Source: a virus (lineage: Duplodnaviria > Caudoviricetes). From it: a stretch of 64,000 bases of DNA. The translations under genes and the position numbers were made by a program. Positions 45,556-57,000 of this stretch are shown in pieces; position 1 is the stretch's first letter, and the number at the start of each line of letters is the position of its first letter. Location: IMG/VR virus record IMGVR_UViG_3300023174_000037. One strand, given 5' to 3'. The notes beneath the pieces were generated by a model that saw only the letters and a list, made by a program, of their open reading frames with translations, did not search any database and was not told the origin of the DNA.

Positions 45556-48500
45556 TTAGGTTAGCACACCAAAATCCACGGGCTCTAACACTTCTCCTCC
45601 GGGATCCATCATGCTGTAAACTTCACCAAGATTTACTCCAAACGCATCGGTAGCCGATGACTCAAACGGTATTTCCTGCGAAGTTTGTACGAAATTGAAG
45701 CTAAGATCAAAATTTCCAATAGATCCTGGAACAGGGCTTACTGTGCTGTTAGGATAGCTTGTTGCTGAACTGCCACCACCACTTTGATCTACCCATGCTA
45801 GATTCCCAGCGCCGTTGGTGCTTAGGACTTGATCTGCATTGCCATATCCAGTTGGTAGTGTTAAAAGGTAATCGCCTGTAAGGGCATTGGGTGCCCGTAA
45901 AGAAATAAAATTACTGCTGTCAGTGTCATAAAATTTGACCTGTTGTCTTGATTGAATTACAATGTTACTACTGGCTATGAATGTAGATCCAACAACATTG
46001 CCAGTGGCACTTACAATACCAGCGGTTAAAATGTTACCACCTGTAACGTTACCCACAGCACTGATATTACCCGAAGTTGTGACTATGCCTGTGCCATTTG
46101 GAGCTAACGCAATATTTCCATTTGAGCCTGTAATAATTGTCAATGCACCTGTATCTACAATGTTACCTGTTACATTCAGATTGTCACCACTTACATTGCC
46201 AGTGGCACTTACAATACCAGCAGTTAAGATGTTGCCGCCGGTGACATTTCCACTAGCACTTAAACTACTACCAGTTATTACACCGCCAACTATAGATGCC
46301 GCTGTTGTTGTGCCAGTTACACTGGTTGATGATCCGGTTATTACTCCACCTACTACACTGGCAGCAGTGGTAGTTCCTGTGACACTTGTGCTTGTTCCTG
46401 TTATAACTCCACCCACTACTGAGGCACCTGTTATTGCACCTGTTACTGACACACTTGAACCAGTCATTACTCCACCTACTACACTGGCAGCAGTGGTAGT
46501 TCCTGTGACACTTGTGCTTGTTCCTGTTATAACTCCACCCACTACTGAGGCACCTGTTATTGCACCTGTTACTGATACCACGCTACCCACGTGACTTGCA
46601 CCAGTAACTGTACCACTAACAGATAACGAACTTCCAGTGATTACGCCACCTACTACGGATGCAGAAGTTACAGTGCCAGTGACACTTACTGTGGTTCCTG
46701 TGTGATTGGCAGCTGAGATATTACCACCAGTGATGTTGCCGGTTGAACTAATTAATCCACCGGTTAACACGTTACCACCAGTTATGTTACCACTGGCACT
46801 GGTCACGCCTTGCACGTTTAATCCATTACTGGCTACCCAAACATTGGATGAACTGCTATAGGTCAACGAAATATATTCACTGCCAGCCGGACCAACTCCA
46901 ATACCACCACCATTGGCAGCTGCAGCTGTGGCCGCATTATTGGCCACATTAATCGTTAAGTCATTAGTAGTAACATTATTACTGTTGATATAGGTCACAT
47001 TACCAGTGACACTCAAGTTACCAGCGATAATCACATTGCCGTCTGTTCCGCCAGTTCCATTGGGATCAATAATTAAAGTCTGACCAGAACTGACAATGTT
47101 AGCGCCAGTGATTGTAATATTGCCATTGGTCAATGCGGTAGAGGCCACAATATTAGCACCTGTTACATTACCGGTAACACTGGCAGAGCTACCAGTTATA
47201 ACACCACCCACAGTTGAGGCAGCTGTTTGTGTACCAGTGACACTTGAACTTGATCCTGTTATTACTCCACCTACAGTGCTGGCAGCTGTTTGTGTACCAG
47301 TGACACTGGTTGAACTACCAGTTATTACACCGCCTACAGTGCTAGCAGCTGTGACCGTTCCACTAACGCTGGCACTTGAACCAGTTATTACACCGCCCAC
47401 AGTTGACGCGGCTGTTTGTGTTCCAGTGACACTTGTTGATGTACCAGTAATAACGCCACCTGCCACTGAGGCGGCTGTCACTGTGCCACTAACACTTACT
47501 GTAGTTCCTGAATGTAATGTAGCATTGACATTGGCTCCGCCCAGCACATTGCCACCTGTGATGTTGCCAGTGGCCGATATCAATCCACCTGTTAATACAT
47601 TACCACCAGTTACATTACCCGACGCACTAAATGCACCACCATAAGTCAACGGTCCAGAGCCAGCTCGACCCAGTGCTGTGCCGTCAGCATTGCCAAATAC
47701 AATGTATCCGTTTAAGGCACTTTGCTGGCCACGAACACTCATGGTATCAGCAACGTTAATGTCACCAATCCAGGCGTCATCGCCTACTTTGAAGTTGGTG
47801 CCAGCACCGTTGTTGGTTGCAGCTATCGAGTTGGCTGTAAGACCTGCTGTGGTAAATGTTGCCACTGCGGCAGTTCCAGCAATTCCAACCGTGACGTTGC
47901 CGCTGGCAGCAACAACCACATTTGATGTTCCGTTGACGATTGAGTTGCCAGCCGAAGCAACAACTCCAGTTAATTGACTACCGTTACCAATAAAGTAACT
48001 GCCAGTTACATTACCTGTGGCACTGACACCTGCACTTTGTGGAAATGTTATTACGTTGCTGGTCGGGCTTGCCTGAAGTAGAACGTTGGTTGCACCGATA
48101 CCATTTTGATAGAATATTCTAAAGACATTGCTAGAATCAGTGTCTAGGTTCCAGGTTGAATTGGCTTGTCCTACTATTCCGCCTATACCGGCCCAGCCTA
48201 TGACCAACTGTCCGCCTTCGGCTCCTGTAGAGTTAATAATCAAATTGTCTGTAGCTGATACTACCTTGCTGGCAATGATATTTGCTGCGTTAAGATTGCC
48301 AGTGGCACTGATCAAACCGCCGGTTAAGACGTTACCACCAGTCACGTTACCACTCAATGAGGAAGAACTACCTGTGATCACGCCGCCCACAGTTGAAGCA
48401 GCTGTTACTGTACCAGTGACACTGGCACTAGATCCAGTTATAACTCCGCCCACTGTTGATGCGGCTGTTTGTGTACCAGTGACACTAGTCGAAGAACCAG

Positions 48501-51500
48501 TAATTACACCGCCCACAGTGCTGGCAGCTGTTACCGTTCCGCTTACACTGGCAGAACTACCGGTTATAACACCACCTACAGTGCTGGCGGCAGTTTGTGT
48601 ACCAGTGACGCTAGTCGAAGAACCAGTAATTACACCACCCACTGTCGAAGCGGCTGTAACTGTGCCTGTTACGCTAGCACTTGAGCCTGTGATTACTCCA
48701 CCTACCGTACTGGCAGCTGTTTGTGAACCAGTGACACTGGTTGAGGTACCAGTTATGACTCCGCCAGCCACTGATGCAGCTGTAACACCACCAGTAGCAC
48801 TGACTAACCCACCGGTTCTTATATTACCACCAGTGATATTAGCAACGACCGATGCACCAGTTGAATCAATTTTTACTCGTTCAACTAATCCATTGGTACC
48901 GGTACTACCAGGAGTTTTTGTTTGAAGACTAAGATAAGCTGAATAATTACCGTCATCAATTCCGGCTATTCTGGCTTCTGCGTTGGCCGCGGCAACTGAA
49001 ATTTGATAGGTGTAAAAATCAATTGCCGATCCAGCACCTGCACCACCGCCTGTATTAATTAAATTTAACTGGACTTTTGTTGCAGCCGCTAAACTGTTGT
49101 TAAGATTTAATGGAGCAACAGTATACCATGTTGGCTGTGCTGGCACAGAGCCAAAGAAAACATTACCTATAAAAGTAGATATGTTGGCTGATCCTGGAAT
49201 TGTTATGTTACCACCGGTGATATTACCAGTGGCAGATATTAAACCACCTGTCAAGACGTTACCGCCAGTTACGTTACCACTTACACTGGCACTGGATCCA
49301 GTTATGACTCCACCTACTGTGGAGGCTGCTGTTTGTGTACCAGTAACACTAGAACTTGACCCAGTGATCACACCGCCCACAGTCGATGCGGCTGTGACTG
49401 TTCCAGTAACACTTGAACTGGATCCAGTTATAACTCCACCTACGGTACTAGCGGCAGTAGCAGTGCCGGTTACAGAACTACTAGATCCAGTTATTACACC
49501 ACCAACAGTGCTGGCAGCTGTAACTGTGCCGGTTACACTTACATTAGTTCCAGTATGATTAGTGGCACTGATGTTGCCACTGGTGATGTTACCGGTAACA
49601 CTTAACAATCCTGTTACGTATTCACCCGTTGAGGCAAATACTACTACGTTACTTGTTCCACCTATGCTGATGTTGGCATTGCCACCGCTGGTGCCAACAT
49701 TGGCTTCACTGGTTCCATTGTAGATTTTGCTGGCAGTGATACCGTTGGCGTAGAATACGTTGCCTAAGAAATAATTTCCTGTGATGTTGCCGGTGGCACT
49801 TACTACACCGCCAGTTAAGACATTGCCGCCAGTTACATTACCTGTAACTGATGTTGAACTGCCGGTTATAACTCCACCAACCGTACTGGCTGCTGTAACT
49901 GTTCCTGTTAATGATGCACTGGTTCCAGTTATCACTCCGCCCACTGTTGAAGCAGTAGTCACAGTTCCTGTTACACTTACGTTGGTTCCTGTGTGATTGG
50001 TGGCACTGATGTTGCCACCGGTGATGTTACCGGTTGCACTTAATATTCCCTGCGATGATAACCCGTTAGTTGCTACCCAGATATTTGATGTGCTGTTGTA
50101 GGTCAAACTAATATATTCACTGCCAGCTGGGCCAACGCCAATACCACCACCGTTGGCCGCGGCTGCAGTGGCTGCATTGTTGGCCATGTTAATGGTTAGG
50201 TCATTTGTAGTGACGTTGTTACTGTTGATATAAGTTACGTTACCTGTAACACTCAAGTTGCCTGTGATGATCACATTGCCGTCGGTGCCGCCAGATCCGT
50301 TTGGATCAATAGTCAATGTTGGACCGGTACTGACAATGTTAGCGCCAGTGATAGTAATATTGCCATTGGTCAATGCAGTAGAGGCTACAACATTACTACC
50401 TGTTACATTACCAGTAATACTGGCACTTGTGCCAGTTATAACACCGCCTACTGTGCTGGCGGCAGTTTGTGTGCCAGTGACACTGGCAGAACTACCAGTT
50501 ATCACTCCACCCACAACACTTGCGGCTGTTACAGCACCAGTTACTGATGTGCTTGACCCAGTTATCACTCCACCCACAACACTTGCGGCTGTTACAGTGC
50601 CACTTAGGCTAGCACTGGATCCAGTTATTACACCACCCACAGTTGATGCGGCAGTCACCGTTCCTGTTACTGACGCCGAAGTTCCGGTAATTACTCCACC
50701 TGCCACTGAGGCGGCTGTAACGCCACCTGATACACTGGCACTGGCACCTGATACTGTGCCAGTTACTGAAGAACTTGATCCGGTTATAACACCACCCACA
50801 GTTGAGGCAGCTGTGACTGTACCAGTAACCGAAGAACTTGAACCAGTTATGACACCACCCACAGTTGAGGCGGCTGTAACTGTGCCTGTAACCGACACGT
50901 TAGTGCCTGTATAATTTGTTGCTGAAACGTTACCACCAGTTATGTTACCACTGGCACTTACCACACCAGTAACATATTCGCCTGTAGTGGCAAACACAGC
51001 TACGTTTGCAGTTCCGCCTACACCAACTGTGATGTTGCCACCCGAACTGACTACTGTAACATTACTTGTACCGTTGTTGATATTGGCCACACTGGTAATA
51101 ACACCAGTAAGCGAAGCACCGTTGCCCAAAATATAATTGCCAGATACATTGCCAGTTGCTGACACTACGCCACCTGTTAAGACATTACCGCCAGTTACGT
51201 TACCACTTACACTGGCACTGGATCCAGTTATGACTCCACCTACTGTGGAGGCTGCTGTTTGTGTACCAGTAACACTAGAACTTGTACCTGTAATGACCCC
51301 ACCCACTGTCGAAGCAGCAGTTTGAGCACCTGTTACACTGGTTGAAGTTCCGGTAATTACACCACCCACTGTTGAGGCTGCTGTTTGTGTACCAGTGACA
51401 CTAAGATTACTCGTTACGAAAACGTTACCTGGAGCAACTGTATCTATAGAAATTCTTATTGAGGCATTGGCAGTGTTTGCAGTGTTTGCTCCAATATACA

Positions 51501-54018
51501 ATGGACTATTGTCGTTTTGATATAAGAATCCGCCTGCGGCATTTGATGTTAACGTTATTCTGCCAGATCTGATAAGCGTATTATCAGCGGTTATTATGTT
51601 ACCACCAGTGATGGTACCTGTGGCAGTGATCACGCCTACTGTGGTGATGTTACCGCCCACTACATTGGCTGCCGAGGTTATAGTGCCGGTTGAACTAATT
51701 AATCCACCGGTTAACATGTTACCACCAGTTATGTTACCACTGGCACTTAAACTTGTACCTGTAATGACTCCACCCACAGTTGATGCGGCAGTAACTGTTC
51801 CTGTGACACTGGCACTGCTGCCTGTTATAACACCACCGACTACTGAAGCGGCAGTTACCGCACCAGTTACTGAAGCACTGCTTCCAGTGATTACTCCACC
51901 TGCTACTGAGGCGGCCGTGACTCCGCCTGATACACTAGCACTGGCACCCGATACAGTACCGGTTACCGAACTTGAACTTCCAGTTATGACTCCACCCACA
52001 GTTGAGGCTGCAGTTTGTGTGCCAGTGACACTAGAACTTGAACCGGTAATTACACCGCCTACGGTACTAGCAGCTGTTTGTGTACCAGTAACACTAGTTG
52101 ATGTGCCTGTAATAACTCCACCAACTACACTTGCACCGGTTACAACACCTGTTACTGATACACTTGAACCAGTCATCACTCCACCAACAACCGACGCACC
52201 AGTTACTGTACCAGTGACACTGGCACTTGATCCAGTAATTACACCGCCTACTATGCTTGCGGCTGTGACTCGACCAGTAACACTTACGTTAGCACCAGTG
52301 TTGACATTGCCGGTACCATTGGGTGTCAATACAATGTTGCTGTTTGATGCTGTGGTTTGAAAATCTAATTGTCCCGAGTCTGTGATAGCACCACTTAAAA
52401 TTAAATTGCCGGCTGTGATGTTGCCAGCTACACTCAGTGCGGATCCGCCGGTGTTGGCAATAGCTACTTGGGCATTTGCCAAAAACTGCACAGTTGAATT
52501 GCCTGCTACAGGTCCAATGTTGATATTGGTGTTTGAGTTGGCAGCACCTAGGGTTCCTATATCAATTGTTTTAGCTGATCCAGATGCAGTAATTCCGTTG
52601 CCAATGGCAATGGTTTGATTTGCAGTGCTACGACCAATGTTTATGGCACCAGTGGCAGCGGTGCCTCCGATGGTCAAAGGACCACTGGTCTGGCTGGTCA
52701 TCATGTTGAGTGTGCCGCTTGTTATGGTAGTGAATAGACTAGTAGTGCCAGTGGTAGTTGTAGTTGCCACATTAGGCGTAGACATTGATGTGCTATGAGT
52801 GGCTGCCGCAACAGTTAACGTATTGGTGCTGGGATTGAAAGTTAGTCCTGTGTCATCGCTGTATAGTTGTCTATAGGTATTGGCGACACCCGACGGGCTT
52901 ACATAAGGTAAATTGTAGGCTACATTGTCATCTGGAGATTCGACTACATATACAAAGTTTGCAGTATTGGCAGTTCCTGTTAGATTCCCAATGAAATTAT
53001 TGGCCCCAACATTTCCAGTTACACTTAGACCTGTGGTCATGTTGACATTGCCTGTGCCATTTGGAGTAAACACAATATTGGCATTGTTAGCACTTGTTTG
53101 TATGTCCAACTGCGCTGAGTCAACAATGGCACCACTTATTATTAAATTACCGGCTGTAATGTTGCCGGTTGAGACTGTCAAACTTGTGCCGGTGATTGCT
53201 GCTCCTGTTATGGCACCAGTAGCTGAAATCAAACCACCTGTAAGTATGTTGCCACCTGTTATGTTGCCAGTGGCCGTGATCAGACCACTTGTGAGCAAGT
53301 TACCACCGGTTATGTTGCCTGCAACACTTACGGTATTGCCTCCTGCGCCACCAGTGAGTACCGGCGCTCCGTCCACAGTCAGACTTGTTGCTGTGGCAGC
53401 CAGATTGATGTTGCCCATGTAAATGGTACTATTGGACAGCCAGATGTCTTTCCAACGATTGGTGGTATTTCCTAAACTGTAGGTCACATTGGCCGAGGGA
53501 TTGATGTTGGCTGCAGCTGTGATCGCGGTAGCATTAAATGTAGCCACGTTGGCTGTGCCAGCACTGCTTATGGTCACAGCGGCATTTGAGTTGACCACAA
53601 CATTTGATGTGCCACCCGATATTGAGTTGGCCATGTAGTTTTGTGTAAACGTCAGGGCCGTGGTATTGATCGTGATAGGCTCGTCGGTGATCAGTTTCCA
53701 CTGTGTGTCGGCATAGATCACACCTTCGGTGACCATTACAATCATGCCGGCTTCAATTTCACCGTTTTCGTTGCCGTCTGAAGTTCTGGCCCAGGTTCCG
53801 TTGCTGCCAGAACCCAAGGTGGTCACAAGATAAAGTCCGTTTTGACTACCTGTGTCTTGAGCTGTAACCAACACACGATCGCCGGTGGTAAGACTGACAC
53901 CGTCTACACTGCTAGGAGCGCCGCCTGCAAGATTAACAGTGGCGGTTGCAACTACCCGTGTGGATTGTTTATAGTCTAAATTAAATATCTGCGCAGCACG
54001 TGGTTTGGTTAAGCCCAT
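45556..54018 (-). CDS. Giant repeat-rich tail fibre/adhesin (~2820 aa)
   Basis: N-terminal fibre domain (GDRVLV..Q...QNG.Y); about 42 copies of a 21-aa repeat; start MGLTKPRAAQ. Confidence 0.8.
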   Translation of the reverse strand: MGLTKPRAAQIFNLDYKQSTRVVATATVNLAGGAPSSVDGVSLTTGDRVLVTAQDTGSQNGLYLVTTLGSGSNGTWARTSDGNENGEIEAGMIVMVTEGVIYADTQWKLITDEPITINTTALTFTQNYMANSISGGTSNVVVNSNAAVTISSAGTANVATFNATAITAAANINPSANVTYSLGNTTNRWKDIWLSNSTIYMGNINLAATATSLTVDGAPVLTGGAGGNTVSVAGNITGGNLLTSGLITATGNITGGNILTGGLISATGAITGAAITGTSLTVSTGNITAGNLIISGAIVDSAQLDIQTSANNANIVFTPNGTGNVNMTTGLSVTGNVGANNFIGNLTGTANTANFVYVVESPDDNVAYNLPYVSPSGVANTYRQLYSDDTGLTFNPSTNTLTVAAATHSTSMSTPNVATTTTTGTTSLFTTITSGTLNMMTSQTSGPLTIGGTAATGAINIGRSTANQTIAIGNGITASGSAKTIDIGTLGAANSNTNINIGPVAGNSTVQFLANAQVAIANTGGSALSVAGNITAGNLILSGAITDSGQLDFQTTASNSNIVLTPNGTGNVNTGANVSVTGRVTAASIVGGVITGSSASVTGTVTGASVVGGVMTGSSVSVTGVVTGASVVGGVITGTSTSVTGTQTAASTVGGVITGSSSSVTGTQTAASTVGGVITGSSSSVTGTVSGASASVSGGVTAASVAGGVITGSSASVTGAVTAASVVGGVITGSSASVTGTVTAASTVGGVITGTSLSASGNITGGNMLTGGLISSTGTITSAANVVGGNITTVGVITATGTITGGNIITADNTLIRSGRITLTSNAAGGFLYQNDNSPLYIGANTANTANASIRISIDTVAPGNVFVTSNLSVTGTQTAASTVGGVITGTSTSVTGAQTAASTVGGVITGTSSSVTGTQTAASTVGGVITGSSASVSGNVTGGNVLTGGVVSATGNVSGNYILGNGASLTGVITSVANINNGTSNVTVVSSGGNITVGVGGTANVAVFATTGEYVTGVVSASGNITGGNVSATNYTGTNVSVTGTVTAASTVGGVITGSSSSVTGTVTAASTVGGVITGSSSSVTGTVSGASASVSGGVTAASVAGGVITGTSASVTGTVTAASTVGGVITGSSASLSGTVTAASVVGGVITGSSTSVTGAVTAASVVGGVITGSSASVTGTQTAASTVGGVITGTSASITGNVTGSNVVASTALTNGNITITGANIVSTGPTLTIDPNGSGGTDGNVIITGNLSVTGNVTYINSNNVTTNDLTINMANNAATAAAANGGGIGVGPAGSEYISLTYNSTSNIWVATNGLSSQGILSATGNITGGNISATNHTGTNVSVTGTVTTASTVGGVITGTSASLTGTVTAASTVGGVITGSSTSVTGNVTGGNVLTGGVVSATGNITGNYFLGNVFYANGITASKIYNGTSEANVGTSGGNANISIGGTSNVVVFASTGEYVTGLLSVTGNITSGNISATNHTGTNVSVTGTVTAASTVGGVITGSSSSVTGTATAASTVGGVITGSSSSVTGTVTAASTVGGVITGSSSSVTGTQTAASTVGGVITGSSASVSGNVTGGNVLTGGLISATGNITGGNITIPGSANISTFIGNVFFGSVPAQPTWYTVAPLNLNNSLAAATKVQLNLINTGGGAGAGSAIDFYTYQISVAAANAEARIAGIDDGNYSAYLSLQTKTPGSTGTNGLVERVKIDSTGASVVANITGGNIRTGGLVSATGGVTAASVAGGVITGTSTSVTGSQTAASTVGGVITGSSASVTGTVTAASTVGGVITGSSTSVTGTQTAASTVGGVITGSSASVSGTVTAASTVGGVITGSSTSVTGTQTAASTVGGVITGSSASVTGTVTAASTVGGVITGSSSSLSGNVTGGNVLTGGLISATGNLNAANIIASKVVSATDNLIINSTGAEGGQLVIGWAGIGGIVGQANSTWNLDTDSSNVFRIFYQNGIGATNVLLQASPTSNVITFPQSAGVSATGNVTGSYFIGNGSQLTGVVASAGNSIVNGTSNVVVAASGNVTVGIAGTAAVATFTTAGLTANSIAATNNGAGTNFKVGDDAWIGDINVADTMSVRGQQSALNGYIVFGNADGTALGRAGSGPLTYGGAFSASGNVTGGNVLTGGLISATGNITGGNVLGGANVNATLHSGTTVSVSGTVTAASVAGGVITGTSTSVTGTQTAASTVGGVITGSSASVSGTVTAASTVGGVITGSSTSVTGTQTAASTVGGVITGSSSSVTGTQTAASTVGGVITGSSASVTGNVTGANIVASTALTNGNITITGANIVSSGQTLIIDPNGTGGTDGNVIIAGNLSVTGNVTYINSNNVTTNDLTINVANNAATAAAANGGGIGVGPAGSEYISLTYSSSSNVWVASNGLNVQGVTSASGNITGGNVLTGGLISSTGNITGGNISAANHTGTTVSVTGTVTSASVVGGVITGSSLSVSGTVTGASHVGSVVSVTGAITGASVVGGVITGTSTSVTGTTTAASVVGGVMTGSSVSVTGAITGASVVGGVITGTSTSVTGTTTAASVVGGVITGSSTSVTGTTTAASIVGGVITGSSLSASGNVTGGNILTAGIVSATGNVSGDNLNVTGNIVDTGALTIITGSNGNIALAPNGTGIVTTSGNISAVGNVTGGNILTAGIVSATGNVVGSTFIASSNIVIQSRQQVKFYDTDSSNFISLRAPNALTGDYLLTLPTGYGNADQVLSTNGAGNLAWVDQSGGGSSATSYPNSTVSPVPGSIGNFDLSFNFVQTSQEIPFESSATDAFGVNLGEVYSMMDPGGEVLEPVDFGVLT
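46340..46575. repeat. Exact 110-nt direct repeat at 126-nt period
   Basis: 46340-46449 identical to 46466-46575. Confidence 0.85.
49259..51284. repeat. Exact 100-nt dispersed direct repeat, in frame
   Basis: 49259-49358 identical to 51185-51284 (offset 1926 nt). Confidence 0.85.
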
Positions 54019-54048
54019 TGTAGTTCCAATAATATCCAATATTTAGCC

Positions 54049-54080
54049 AAAAAAATAGGACTCCATAAGAGCCCTATTTT
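54049..54080 (-). terminator. Rho-independent terminator
   Basis: AAAATAGGGCTC-TTATG-GAGTCCTATTTT plus U-tract; TAAATA late promoter follows at 54040-54045. Confidence 0.8.
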
Positions 54081-54098
54081 GACCGGATAGTTTCTAGT

Positions 54099-57000
54099 TT
54101 AGAAGCGTCCTACTACCACTTCAATCGTGCCTTCTGCACCATCAAAATCTTCCAGTGCTTTACCAATTACCGATCCAACTCGAGGATCAGCTTCTGCTCT
54201 AGCACGGCCTAGGCCTGCAGCAACCATCAAGTCACCCTTGCGAACTGGACCCATGACCATAGTCGGAACACGACCTGTCAAGGCCACTGTGGCCACATGC
54301 GTTGATTCTAATCCTGAGTTCATGATGTAACTTGGATTGGTAGATACTACGCCAGCCACTTTGGTATCGCCAGCCACCGCATTAACTGTAACTTCTGCTG
54401 AGCCGCCAAACACTAACACAGTACCAGGCACATACTCAGCGTCAGCTGTGTATTTTTCTGCCAAGTCAGCGTATTGTGCCGAAGTTGCCTTGGCAAATAT
54501 AGTATTGTAGCTGAGTGAGGCACTGCCAATATTGGATGTAGCATTGGCTGTTGGCATAATATTAGCGCCAATGTTTACGTTACCAGTACCGTTAGGCAAC
54601 AGTTGAATGTTTGCGTTAGTAGCAGTGGTGCTAATATTCAACGAACTACTTGAATCAAAGATGTTGCCTGTAATAATTAAATTGCCACCACTTATGTTGC
54701 CGGTAGCAACTACTTCGCCGCCAGTTATTAAGTTGCCGCCAGTTACGTTGCCAGATACACTGCTTGTTGCAGTTGAGCCAGCTAACACAGTTTGTCCGCC
54801 TTGTGGGTTTGTAAAGATCAACGATGTGGTATTGGCACTGATTCTAGCATTGCCCATGTAGATTGTGCTGTTGGCCAACCATAAATCGTTCCAGCGATTT
54901 GTAGTGTTACCCAAATTGTATGTGACGTTGGCTTGTGGATTAACGTTGCCCATAAATCTTGAGTCAAACTGACCCACAAGGAATACCTCATTTACACCGT
55001 TGATATCAAAGTGAACGTCTTGGTTGGCATCCGGAATCTGCACCTGTGTTGTGCCATTTAATATGGTATCAGTTGCAACGTTACCAAGCACAGTGGCATT
55101 GCCTGTTACGGACAAATCACCTGTAATAGTTGTTGTTGCACTGGTATCACTTACTGCAATTGACGCATTACCACTTACGTTTTGAATACTTGTCAGTGTT
55201 GAAGTTGTGGTCAATGCACGAACGTCAATCAAATCACCTGCAGCAGGTGCTTCTGTAAATGTCAATGTTACGTTGGCCACACTGTAGGCTGAAGTTGGTA
55301 TCTGCAACACACCGTTGATACTGACAATAGTCGAAGCTGTGGTTGAAGCATTGGCCAATGTAAATTGTGTGGCTACTCCATTACCGTTGAACTGTTGATC
55401 AGTGATAACTGTAAACACTGTGGAACCAACACCAATCCAGTCTGTGTTATTGTATATTTCTAAACTGTTGGTAGTGCTGTTGAAACGCATCATACCAGTG
55501 ACGCCTGTGGCCGGACGTTGTAATATATTACCTCTTGGAATTACTATTGACGAAGTGACGTTAAACGACGTAATAGCATTGGTAATCTGTGTTGAGTTAC
55601 CAAAGCTGGCTGTGCCAGTTCCAGCATCCACGTAGAACACATTGGCCAAGGTATCGCCGTCTACCGCAAAGTCAGTGTCAGCATCTGAACCATTGATAGT
55701 AATTCTGCCTGCGGCTGGGCCATCGATAAATCCACTGGTTAGGATTAGATTGGCGGTGGTTACATTGCCTGTGGCACTGACCAATCCACCTGTTAGGACG
55801 TTGCCGCCATCAATGTTGCCTGTGGCACTGACTGTGCCAGCTGTGCGTATGTTACCGCTGGCGCTGACACTGGTAGTATTGATTTGTGTGGTTATGTTGG
55901 CGTTGCCGCCGCTGATGTTAGCAGCCGAAGTGATGTTACCTGTGGAACTTATCAATCCACCAGTTAAGATATTACCACCTGTTACGTTACCAGTTACTGT
56001 TTGAAAACCTGACACAATTGAGTTAGCACCAGTTGAAATATTCCCTGTAGCAGATATCAGTCCACCTGTCAAGATATTGCCGCCAGTGATATTAGACGTA
56101 GCCGAAACTAAACCACCTGTTAAGATGTTGGCACCGGTGATGTTGGCACCTGAGGTGATTGTTGATGTAGCACTGATTAGACCACCAGTTAATAAGTTGC
56201 CGCCGGTTACGTTGCCACTTAAACTAGCACTGGTTCCAGTAATTACGCCACCAGCTACACTGGCCGCTGTTACTGTACCAGTTACACTTAAACTTGTACC
56301 AGTGGCAGCGCCAATGTTAGGTGTTGTCAAGTTGGCACCGGCTTTGACACTGATATTACCACCACCGTCAAATGCTGTGGTGTTGTTGTCAACCTTGGCT
56401 GAAAACACAGTGCCATTTAAAATAAGACCAGCTTGTGTGTTGGCTGTATAAACCTGACTAGAACTAAACACACCAAATTGAATATTACTTGTACCAAACG
56501 TGATCACACCAGGAGGTGCGGTAACAACAAACGCTGTACCAGCATTGACGTTACCATTGGTTGTAAAGAAGTAATCGTTGATACTGAAAGAGTCTGTGCT
56601 GTCAGCACCGTATTGGTCAGTGTCAGTGCTTCGTGTAATCACAGTGGAATTGGAATACACATAAACACCGTTTTGCACAGCATTGGCTTGATCTTTGACC
56701 AGGATACGTGTGCCTACGGTTTGCACGTTGGCCGTGTCAATAAAAGTATACGAACCGGTTGTGGTCAGTGTTGCACCAACGCCATTGGCCACGCCGTTGG
56801 GTTGAGCATAGGTTACTGTACCACCTGTGGCCGCGGCCAAGTTGGATATAGTGGCTGCAAATACAGCTTGGTGTATGGTTATGCCTGTGGTTGCAATTGT
56901 ATCAACATAGTATTTGCTGGCTGCATCACCATCTTGTACCGGAGTCAGTTGCAGACCGTTGATGTAGGTAGTGTTTAATACAATGTTACCAGCTGGTGAT

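Noticed and set aside
45556-54018. CRISPR-like or noncoding repeat array
   Set aside because: The repeats are in-frame 63-nt coding units with synonymous variation and no spacers
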